A DNA stretch of 64,000 bases from a virus (IMGVR_UViG_3300012933_000155:1-64000); one strand, 5' to 3'; counted from the first letter of the stretch, positions 40,687 through 47,937 are shown. The notes: generated by a model not told the origin, from the letters alone. A program made the numbers and translations.

Positions 40687-42168
40687 ATGAATTATATTGG
40701 ATTAAGTTCAGGCTTTCACGATGCCGCTGTTACTGTTATCAACGATAAGGGTGATATAGTCTTTGCTGGGCACAACGAACGTTATAGTAAAATCAAGCAC
40801 GATAAACGTATTGACAGTGAGTTAATGGCTGATGCTATGTATAAAGTTAAGGGTGACTTTGAAGTTCATTACTATGAGAAACCCTTATTAAAGTTCTTGC
40901 GTCAATTACGTGCGGGTGAAAAGCCCTCATTACGTAGTTTAAATCCCCGAAACAGTCTTAGCTATCTTGCTAATATGTTCTTAAAGGATAAGAAGATACA
41001 CACGCATAGTCATCATTTAAGTCACGCGGCTGCAGGCTTTCAGACTAGTCCCTACGATGATGCAACCGTTGTAGTGATTGACGCTATCGGAGAGTTTGAA
41101 ACTATTACTATATATGACGCTACATATGTTAATGGTAAAGCCAAGTATAAGAAACTATATAGTAAAACTTACCCAGACAGTATTGGGTTGTTCTATAGTG
41201 CTATGACCAAACGTGTAGGGCTAAAGCCCCTAGACGAAGAATATATACTAATGGGCATGGCTGCATACGGTGAGCCCAAACACTATACTAGTTTACACGT
41301 AGATATGCTAGAATCTTCAAGCGAGATTGACTTCAAAACTAATCTACATATTGGTGTAAATGATGATTATCTTGCAGGCGCTGACGATATGGACATTGCC
41401 GCAAGTACGCAATTACTTACTGAACACTTAATAAAGAATGTAATACGTAAAGCTAGATTACTTGGTAAGAGTAAAAATCTAGTATATGGTGGAGGCGTAG
41501 CATTAAATTGTTTAGCTAATAGATTATTAGGAGAATATTTTGAACAGATATGGATTATTCCTAATCCCGGTGATGCTGGTTCTAGCCTTGGTGCTGCCGC
41601 TCTGGGCTTTGGAGGTAAAGTTAACTTTGTCAATAGTTATCTGGGGCATTGTATTCCTGGCAGTTATCCTGTTAACGACTTACTTGATGAGTTGCTTGTT
41701 AAGCAGATTGTGGGAGTGGCATCCGGACATGCCGAGTTTGGCCCACGTGCCCTGGGCAACCGTAGTCTCTTGGGCGATCCAAGAGGGATACATATTAAGG
41801 AAAGAGTAAATGAAATTAAACGAAGACAGCAATTTAGACCCTTTGCGCCAGTTATTCTGGAAGAATTGGTTGACGAGTATTTTATTATGCCTGACAATTG
41901 GCGTGATAGTCGCTACATGCAAGTCATCTGTACTTGCAGGTTTCCTGACTTATTTCCTGCTATCGTTCATCACGACGGGACTAGTCGTGTCCAGACTGTG
42001 CCAAAAGATGGATCAGGAATCAGAGAACTCCTCGAAAAGTGGTACATCTTAACTGATTGTCCTATGCTGTTAAACACTAGCTTAAACATTAGAGGCGAGC
42101 CAATGGTTAATAATCGTAGTGATGCAGATAGATTTGAAAGACTATACAACGTTAAAGTACTGTCATGA
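40687..42168 (+). CDS. Carbamoyltransferase, NodU/CmcH/TobZ family (start ATG 40687)
   Basis: GLSSGFHDAA, HHLSHAAAGF, VIDAIGE, GGVALNC, PGDAGSSLGAA, EFGPRALGNRS, FRPFAP, DGTSRVQTV, LLNTSLN. Confidence 0.93.
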   Translation: MNYIGLSSGFHDAAVTVINDKGDIVFAGHNERYSKIKHDKRIDSELMADAMYKVKGDFEVHYYEKPLLKFLRQLRAGEKPSLRSLNPRNSLSYLANMFLKDKKIHTHSHHLSHAAAGFQTSPYDDATVVVIDAIGEFETITIYDATYVNGKAKYKKLYSKTYPDSIGLFYSAMTKRVGLKPLDEEYILMGMAAYGEPKHYTSLHVDMLESSSEIDFKTNLHIGVNDDYLAGADDMDIAASTQLLTEHLIKNVIRKARLLGKSKNLVYGGGVALNCLANRLLGEYFEQIWIIPNPGDAGSSLGAAALGFGGKVNFVNSYLGHCIPGSYPVNDLLDELLVKQIVGVASGHAEFGPRALGNRSLLGDPRGIHIKERVNEIKRRQQFRPFAPVILEELVDEYFIMPDNWRDSRYMQVICTCRFPDLFPAIVHHDGTSRVQTVPKDGSGIRELLEKWYILTDCPMLLNTSLNIRGEPMVNNRSDADRFERLYNVKVLS

Positions 42169-42189
42169 CCGTAAGAGTAGGTAATAATA

Positions 42190-44883
42190 ATGATTCGTGA
42201 TGTGTTTTATTTCGGTGAAAAGCCGAACGTTCATCCACGTGAGAAGTTTGCAAATGATTTAGCACACGCAAGAGAGTTATCAACTACAGAACACTTTTGG
42301 ATTATCAACGAGTTCTGTGACTATTCAACGTTTGACTGGGACTTTGACTTTGAACTACTACCCGACGAAGATGTATGGGCAGTTGATTTTATCAATATAT
42401 TCCCTAGTCAGTGGACAAACAATAGCGGCACTTGGCTATGTCCTAAGTTAGATAACAACGATAAGATATATCGTAGTGATGTAGAGCCTGTATATCGCAA
42501 GAACGAAAAGAACAGGTTCTGGAAAGACTCAGCTAGTACATTTGAGTTTGATTATAGCTGGCACCCTGAAGAATATAGTCCCCCGTTTATATTTCAATTT
42601 GGTACTCAGTGGCAAAAGACTAGTGGTCCACAGTATATAATGGACGGTGCGACAGAAGTAAAATACATGACTGAGCCTAGAGCTAAGAAACTAAGCTATG
42701 ATAGTTATTGGGAAACTAATGGGTCTAAGATAGAATCATTTGATTATACTTGGCACCCTGACGACAATAGCCCACCCTACATATATCAGTTCGGTACATT
42801 ACTTGACGAACTAGACGGACCTAGATATGTTACACCCAACAATGACGGCACAGTTGTTTATCTTGAACGGTTAGACGTTGTGTTAGAAGACTTAGAGTTT
42901 CCTAAGTACTATATTAAAACAACATTAGAAGACTTAATTAAAGAACATAATAACGAAATCTTCTGGGCGTTGAACCCTGATTTAGACTATTCTACGTTTG
43001 ATTTTAAATGGCTCCCTGATAAAGAAAACGTCTATCACGTTAATGCATTCGGATCACCCTACAACATCAATAGTCAAACATACTTTGTTAACGGGAAGAT
43101 GTGGAACAAAGGCTATAAAGACATTAACTATGTTGAAGACAAGTTAGTTGAAGCCAAGACTAAGATTAGCATGTTCTTTGTTGATAAAGGAAACAAAGAG
43201 TCAAGTAAAAGATTTGAAGATATAAAGTCACGTTATAGTAATGTGATTAAAACTAGATACTTGAACAACTGGATCGATACGATTAACCGTTGTGTTAATC
43301 GCTCAGAGACTAAGTTATGCTGGATTTTAAATAGTGAACTAGACTATTCAGAGTTTGAATTTGACTATTACCCAAGCCCTTGGCAGATGCAAATGGTTCA
43401 TGTGTTCGGAACACAGTGGAGTCACTGGGGTAATACGTTTATTGTGAATAAAGAATCGTTCACTGAGCAGACCAAATATATTAAAATCATTGAGCATTTA
43501 CCCACGTTAAACTTTGTCAAGTCAAAAAGAACTAAAGCAGTTGATTGCTTATATGATATTGTATTGATTGACCATGGAAACGATTCAGACACTAAAGAAC
43601 TGTTGAGTAACAAAACCAATCAGAATGTCACGGTTGTACCATATAAGCATAGCTATCTACAAACGTTAAAAGAATATTCCAAGTCAGTTGAACTTAAACC
43701 TGAACATTATGTATGGGTTTGTTCTAGTATCTGTGACTATTCAAACTTTGACTTTACTTATATTTGCGACCCATATACTAGAGAACAGTTACATGTTTTC
43801 CCTAGCAACAAGCAGAAGTTCGGAGATACATTCTTAGTTGACTTGAATTCATTTGTCAATAACAGTGAAACTATTAACACATTAAACGAATTCAATAAAG
43901 TAAACTATAACCCGCATCAGTCTGTTAATAGACTACCTGCACCCGTATTCACAGTAGAAGATAGTCAATCTCAAATGACTGAGTTTGATTTTAACTTCCC
44001 CTACGCAGTGTTTAAAACAACAGAAGCCAATGACATTGTTGATGATGAACCATTAAATGTATGGGATAGAAATAGCACAGATATATTAGTCACTACTGTG
44101 GGTGCAAGCAGAGTTATTATACCTAAACACGCTAGAGATTTTATTAAGGGTGATGTATATGACTATCCATATATTAGTAAATCATCTAAACTTGGTTCTA
44201 CTAAGCCACTAGACATTGTGTTTTTAAGTAACGGTGAGAAGTTAGCTGACTTGCACTATGAGAAACTATTGTCAATTAACAAGAATAACAGAGTAGTAAG
44301 AGTTGACGGGGTTAATGGTCGTGCTAAAGCATATCATGCGGCTGCTGAAGCAAGCAACACACCCTGGTTCTTTACAGTGTTTGCTAAACTAGATATGAAT
44401 GAGAAGTTCGATTTTAGTTGGCAACCCGATAGATTGCAGGCTAGAAAGCACTATATCTTCTCAGCTACAAACCCGGTAAACAACTTAGAGTATGGTCATC
44501 AAGCATTAATCGTTTACAATAAGAAACTTGTGTTAGGTAACCCGGGCGTGGGCTTAGACTTTACGTTAGATAACTTGCATGAAGTAGTTGATATCAATTC
44601 AGGCGTTGCACGATTTAATACTGACGAATATAGTACATGGCGCACTAGTTTTAGAGAATGTATTAAATTAAAAGACACTGTAGTAAATAACCCTGACGAT
44701 ATTGTTTCTATTGAACGTTTAAAGACTTGGGCTACTGTTGGTAATGATATGTACGGGGAATATAGTGTCAATGGTGCGTTAGATGCTATTGAGTACTATG
44801 ATAGTGTCAATGGAGACATGGATAAGTTGAAACTAACCTATGAGTGGGAATGGTTGAAAAACTACTACAAAACTAAATACTGA
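42190..44883 (+). CDS. Multidomain glycosyltransferase-like protein with internal repeats
   Basis: C-terminal domain LDIVFLSNGE..RVDGVNGRAKAYHAAA..TWRTSFRECIKL is paralogous to 35258..36205; five W..DYS.FDF.W/Y.P-type motifs. Confidence 0.6.
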   Translation: MIRDVFYFGEKPNVHPREKFANDLAHARELSTTEHFWIINEFCDYSTFDWDFDFELLPDEDVWAVDFINIFPSQWTNNSGTWLCPKLDNNDKIYRSDVEPVYRKNEKNRFWKDSASTFEFDYSWHPEEYSPPFIFQFGTQWQKTSGPQYIMDGATEVKYMTEPRAKKLSYDSYWETNGSKIESFDYTWHPDDNSPPYIYQFGTLLDELDGPRYVTPNNDGTVVYLERLDVVLEDLEFPKYYIKTTLEDLIKEHNNEIFWALNPDLDYSTFDFKWLPDKENVYHVNAFGSPYNINSQTYFVNGKMWNKGYKDINYVEDKLVEAKTKISMFFVDKGNKESSKRFEDIKSRYSNVIKTRYLNNWIDTINRCVNRSETKLCWILNSELDYSEFEFDYYPSPWQMQMVHVFGTQWSHWGNTFIVNKESFTEQTKYIKIIEHLPTLNFVKSKRTKAVDCLYDIVLIDHGNDSDTKELLSNKTNQNVTVVPYKHSYLQTLKEYSKSVELKPEHYVWVCSSICDYSNFDFTYICDPYTREQLHVFPSNKQKFGDTFLVDLNSFVNNSETINTLNEFNKVNYNPHQSVNRLPAPVFTVEDSQSQMTEFDFNFPYAVFKTTEANDIVDDEPLNVWDRNSTDILVTTVGASRVIIPKHARDFIKGDVYDYPYISKSSKLGSTKPLDIVFLSNGEKLADLHYEKLLSINKNNRVVRVDGVNGRAKAYHAAAEASNTPWFFTVFAKLDMNEKFDFSWQPDRLQARKHYIFSATNPVNNLEYGHQALIVYNKKLVLGNPGVGLDFTLDNLHEVVDINSGVARFNTDEYSTWRTSFRECIKLKDTVVNNPDDIVSIERLKTWATVGNDMYGEYSVNGALDAIEYYDSVNGDMDKLKLTYEWEWLKNYYKTKY

Positions 44884-44884
44884 T

Positions 44885-44980
44885 ATGAACTATATTCTAT
44901 GGACAATCGTTTTAGTATTGGGATGTATTGCAGTGTACTGGTTAATTGACTGGCACGACAAGTTTCCTGACGGTGAGTAA
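44885..44980 (+). CDS. Small single-pass membrane peptide, 31 aa
   Basis: MNYILWTIVLVLGCIAVYWLIDWHDKFPDGE; 1 nt after the previous stop; hydrophobic helix. Confidence 0.55.
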   Translation: MNYILWTIVLVLGCIAVYWLIDWHDKFPDGE

Positions 44981-44995
44981 ATGGGTAAGTAACTA

Positions 44996-45024
44996 TTGAC
45001 ATAATCCTATGGGTGTGTTATAGT
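44996..45024 (+). promoter_or_regulatory. Consensus sigma70 promoter for tmRNA
   Basis: TTGACA-17 nt-TATAGT with TG extended -10; predicted +1 near 45031. Confidence 0.88.
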
Positions 45025-45030
45025 ATGAGT

Positions 45031-45403
45031 TATTGCTGTATGAAGCAAAGAGAAAAGTGTTCTGGACGCGGGTTCGACTCCCGCCAGGTCCACCAGCAAG
45101 AATACTGTTCGCACCAAATAATTGCGAAAAAATAGTGGCGTAGTTCTAGACTATGGATCATTAGCAGTATTCTTACTAATGGGCCTGTCATGGTTTCGAC
45201 AGGGCAACAAGTAAACAAGTGGACAGCAGGGTAATGTGAAAGCCCTTAGGATTGGGGGTAAGAGTACAGTAATGTCATGTCAATATGATATCAGTATTTC
45301 CCGGTCGCAGAAGCAAAAAACTTAAATGCAAATGACGAAAGTTACGCATTGGCCGCTTGATAAAAGCGTCCTGGGGTAAGACATACCTCGCAACAGAAAC
45401 TCA
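45031..45403 (+). ncRNA. ssrA: Circularly permuted (two-piece) tmRNA: acceptor piece ~45031-45095, intervening segment 45096-45180, coding piece from 45181
   Basis: The T-arm and CAGGTCC-A-CCA 3' end (45061-45095) lie upstream of the 5' end GGGCCTG-tcatggtttcgac (45181). The acceptor stem pairs 7/7 with the G3-U70 alanine determinant, and the tag ORF encodes ANDESYALAA. Confidence 0.93.
45328..45360 (+). other. tmRNA proteolysis tag reading frame (A)ANDESYALAA-stop
   Basis: gca aat gac gaa agt tac gca ttg gcc gct tga taa, preceded by the resume context aaacttaaat. Confidence 0.92.
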
Positions 45404-45431
45404 GAAAAGGCTCTTCGGAGCCTTTTTCTTT
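45404..45431 (+). terminator. Rho-independent terminator after ssrA
   Basis: GAAAAGGCTC-TTCG-GAGCCTTTTTC hairpin with a UUCG loop and U-tract. Confidence 0.9.
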
Positions 45432-45477
45432 GTCAACGTAATGTAAGGCAAAGGCGTTGTATATATAAGGAGCTTAT

Positions 45478-45612
45478 ATGCAACTAACTAAACCCAAAGA
45501 ACATTCCGACGACAAGCCTAGCAAGTACGAGACAATTTTTCTAATTAGAACTTGCTCACGAGGTTGCCCTAATTGCGACAAGAAACGCATAGGAACATGT
45601 CAGTGTAAGTAA
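45478..45612 (+). CDS. Small Cys-rich protein, 44 aa, absent from the ORF track
   Basis: AAGGAG SD; MQLTKPKEHSDDKPSKYETIFLIRTCSRGCPNCDKKRIGTCQCK (CxxxCxxC...CxC). Confidence 0.6.
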   Translation: MQLTKPKEHSDDKPSKYETIFLIRTCSRGCPNCDKKRIGTCQCK

Positions 45613-45621
45613 CCTTTTTTG

Positions 45622-45649
45622 TTGCACTAGTCCTAGAATAATATATACT
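45622..45649 (+). promoter_or_regulatory. sigma70-type promoter, probably leaderless
   Basis: TTGCAC-16 nt-TATACT; ATG 6 nt downstream; no SD. Confidence 0.55.
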
Positions 45650-45655
45650 AGCACT

Positions 45656-45964
45656 ATGAGTAACGAAACAGCTAAATTTATCAACAGCCAACGCCGTCAC
45701 AAAACGGACGTTCACATTGCTAGACAAGTGAAGATTGCCAGACAAAGTTTGTCACATGACACTTCTAAAGTTGCTAGACAACCACACCGTTTAGCAAAAC
45801 GACATGCTATGGATTGCGGTAATCCAAAGTGCTATCTATGTGGTAACCCACGCAAAACTCACAAAGACAAATTAACAGCGCAAGAAAAACGTTTGTACCA
45901 AGATGTAGATAAGACTACTGATAGACATTCAAACGGACTTCCGTCAACAGACATTGATGAATAA
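45656..45964 (+). CDS. Hypothetical protein with a putative Zn site
   Basis: HAMDCGNPKCYLCGNPRK motif; basic. Confidence 0.7.
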   Translation: MSNETAKFINSQRRHKTDVHIARQVKIARQSLSHDTSKVARQPHRLAKRHAMDCGNPKCYLCGNPRKTHKDKLTAQEKRLYQDVDKTTDRHSNGLPSTDIDE

Positions 45965-45967
45965 TTT

Positions 45968-45990
45968 AGGGCACATAGGTGCCCTTTTTT
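45968..45990 (+). terminator. Rho-independent terminator
   Basis: AGGGCAC-ATAG-GTGCCCT followed by a T-run. Confidence 0.8.
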
Positions 45991-45991
45991 G

Positions 45992-46020
45992 TTGCATAAC
46001 CTAATATATACGTATATAAT
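45992..46020 (+). promoter_or_regulatory. sigma70-type promoter for the HNH-ahpC-ahpD-ORF/tRNA operon
   Basis: TTGCAT-17 nt-TATAAT. Confidence 0.8.
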
Positions 46021-46089
46021 GTATCTCATAGAGCACTAAGTAAATGTTCTGAGTGCTCTACTCAAGTGCTCTAGTATAGAAAGAAGGAA

Positions 46090-46455
46090 ATGTCAAATTT
46101 AGGTTGTTTTACTTGTTTAAGTTGTGGAAAAGTTAATCCTATCAAAGGTCACTCATACACTAACAAGTACTGTAATAATAGTTGCCAACAAGAACACCAA
46201 CGCAGAAACAAGGCGTTTGAGAATGTTCAGAAATGGAAAGAATCAGCTACGCCACAAGCGTGGGCAAAGATTCCCGAGTGGGTAAGACAGTACTTGATTA
46301 ATCAAAGAGAACATCGTTGCCAGGAATGTGATAACACACATCATAACGGTCTAGCTATCCCATTAGATGTAATCTATAAAGATGGTGACAGTTACAACAA
46401 CAAAGAAGATAATCTAATGTTGATATGCCCTAATTGCAAGTCACAAAGAAAATAA
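46090..46455 (+). CDS. HNH-fold zinc-binding protein with a degenerate active site
   Basis: CLSC, CNNSC, CQEC and LICPNC retained; the LEVDHIDG..NN..NL..LCPNCH consensus appears as LDVIYKDGDSYNNKEDNLMLICPNCK. Confidence 0.75.
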   Translation: MSNLGCFTCLSCGKVNPIKGHSYTNKYCNNSCQQEHQRRNKAFENVQKWKESATPQAWAKIPEWVRQYLINQREHRCQECDNTHHNGLAIPLDVIYKDGDSYNNKEDNLMLICPNCKSQRK

Positions 46456-46479
46456 TTCATTAACATAAAGGAAATTAAA

Positions 46480-47025
46480 ATGAAAACAATCGGCGATAAA
46501 ATCACAAGTTTTGCAGTCACAGGCGTTAAGCCAGGCGCACTCACACCAGATGGCGCATTCGAAACAATTACTGAAAAGAGTTTTGAAGGCAAGTGGAAAG
46601 TAATTGTTTACTACCCAAAGGACTTCACATTCGTGTGCCCAACTGAAATCGTAGCATACGACAAATTGAATGGCGACTTCGCAGACCGCGATGCTGTTCT
46701 AATGATTGGCTCTACTGATAATGAATTCTGTAAGTTGGCATGGCGTAATGCACATGAAGACTTGAAGAAGACTAACTCATGGTCATTCGCAGACGTGGCA
46801 CGTGATGAGAACAGCTTGGCAGAACAATTGGGTATCTTCTATGGTCCAGCAGGTGCGGCACTTCGTGCAACATTCATCGTTGACCCAGACAACATCATCC
46901 AACACGTTACAGTCAACAACTTGGACGTTGGTCGTAACCCAGACGAAGCATTGCGTGTACTTGACGCATTGCAAACTGGCGAGTTGTGCCCATGCTCACG
47001 CCCAATCGGTGGAGAAACATTGTAA
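46480..47025 (+). CDS. ahpC: Alkyl hydroperoxide reductase subunit C (peroxiredoxin)
   Basis: YPKDFTFVCPTE peroxidatic motif; LRATFIVDP; GRNPDEALRVLDALQTGELCPC. Confidence 0.95.
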   Translation: MKTIGDKITSFAVTGVKPGALTPDGAFETITEKSFEGKWKVIVYYPKDFTFVCPTEIVAYDKLNGDFADRDAVLMIGSTDNEFCKLAWRNAHEDLKKTNSWSFADVARDENSLAEQLGIFYGPAGAALRATFIVDPDNIIQHVTVNNLDVGRNPDEALRVLDALQTGELCPCSRPIGGETL

Positions 47026-47543
47026 TGACTGCTTGGGTAGACGCACTTAAAGAGTCTAGTATTCCTGACTATGCTAAGGATACTAAACTAAACATTGACG
47101 CTGTAATTAAGCGTAGTACTCTACCTGTTGAAGAAGCGGAAGCTGTTGCCCTCGCGGCAGCTTTTGCTACTGGCAACAGTAAGTTGTGGACTTGGATGGA
47201 AAGTCAAATTGAAAACAAGACTGAAACACAAGCCGCATTAACAGCAGGTGCATTGATGGCACAAAACAACATGTGGTATCCATTTGTTGAAATGGCTGAC
47301 GATGAGAACTTGAAGGGCTTGCCCGCACAACTTCGCATGAACGCTATCACAACAAGCGGTGGCACAACTAAAGAACGATTTGAAGCATATTCATTGGCTG
47401 CAAGTATCGTTGGTAAGTGTCACTTCTGTGTGAAAGCACACTACGAAGGATTGAAGAAGATGGGCTACACTGTAGAACAACTTCGTGATATCGGTCGCAT
47501 TGCAAGTGTCATTAATTCAGTAGCAAAAGTGGTAGCAAACTAA
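47025..47543 (+). CDS. ahpD: Alkylhydroperoxidase AhpD (start ATG 47025, TAATG-coupled to ahpC)
   Basis: IPDYAKDTKLN, ALMAQNNMWYPF, AQLRMN, FEAYSLAASIVGKCHFCVKAH (CxxC). Confidence 0.93.
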   Translation: MTAWVDALKESSIPDYAKDTKLNIDAVIKRSTLPVEEAEAVALAAAFATGNSKLWTWMESQIENKTETQAALTAGALMAQNNMWYPFVEMADDENLKGLPAQLRMNAITTSGGTTKERFEAYSLAASIVGKCHFCVKAHYEGLKKMGYTVEQLRDIGRIASVINSVAKVVAN

Positions 47544-47544
47544 A

Positions 47545-47937
47545 ATGGCAAACATGGCAGAGTACTTTGAAAAGAATCGTTATCATGGCTCATATGAGTT
47601 CGGTGAACGAGTTTTCGGTTATTACAATAAGATTCCTTTCATTGGCTCTGTCGGTAGTGACAGTGTAAGGAGTATGGATGAAGGTCCTATCATCACTGTC
47701 ACACTTGATTTGCCCATTAGTGTTGATGGACAATCAAAAAATGTTATAATTGTAAAACACAAAGACATTAAATCTTTGTTGAGAGATTACGATGCGTCGG
47801 GAGTTCCAAAGGCCGGAGCGACTGATTCTAAACCAGTAGGTAGTGGGTTCAATTCCCATCCGACGCACCAAGAACAACCAAAGTCTAATAGTAAATCACT
47901 GTTAGAAAACTTAAAGAAACTTAAAGGTAAAAAATAA
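47545..47937 (+). CDS. Hypothetical protein whose 3' third is overprinted on a tRNA gene
   Basis: 130-aa ORF coupled to both neighbours; codons ~84-109 lie within the tRNA. Confidence 0.65.
   Translation: MANMAEYFEKNRYHGSYEFGERVFGYYNKIPFIGSVGSDSVRSMDEGPIITVTLDLPISVDGQSKNVIIVKHKDIKSLLRDYDASGVPKAGATDSKPVGSGFNSHPTHQEQPKSNSKSLLENLKKLKGKK
47794..47870 (+). tRNA. tRNA with CUA anticodon (amber suppressor type), 77 nt, encoded CCA, amino acid unknown
   Basis: Acceptor GCGTCGG/CCGACGC-A-CCA; D stem GTTC(C)/(G)GAGC with GG in the loop; anticodon stem ACTG-A/C-CAGT around loop TT-CTA-AA; variable AGGTA; T stem GTGGG/CCCAT with loop TTCAATT. Confidence 0.85.

Noticed and set aside
45030-45218. 62-aa minus-strand ORF (…WTWRESNPRP…)
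   Set aside because: It is the antisense translation of the tmRNA T-arm and CCA end, not a protein.
46986-47024. Track N-terminal extension of AhpD (MPMLTPNRWRNIV)
   Set aside because: It overlaps the ahpC 3' end; the TAATG-coupled ATG 47025 gives a typical AhpD start.
47820-47837. Reading the tRNA as Arg(UCU)
   Set aside because: The UCU register breaks the anticodon stem. The CUA register gives four Watson-Crick pairs and a symmetric loop with U33 and A37.
47794-47870. tRNA-Pyl or tRNA-Sec identity
   Set aside because: It has G18G19 and TTC (absent in tRNA-Pyl), lacks the long variable arm of tRNA-Sec, and no pylS or sel genes are in the window.
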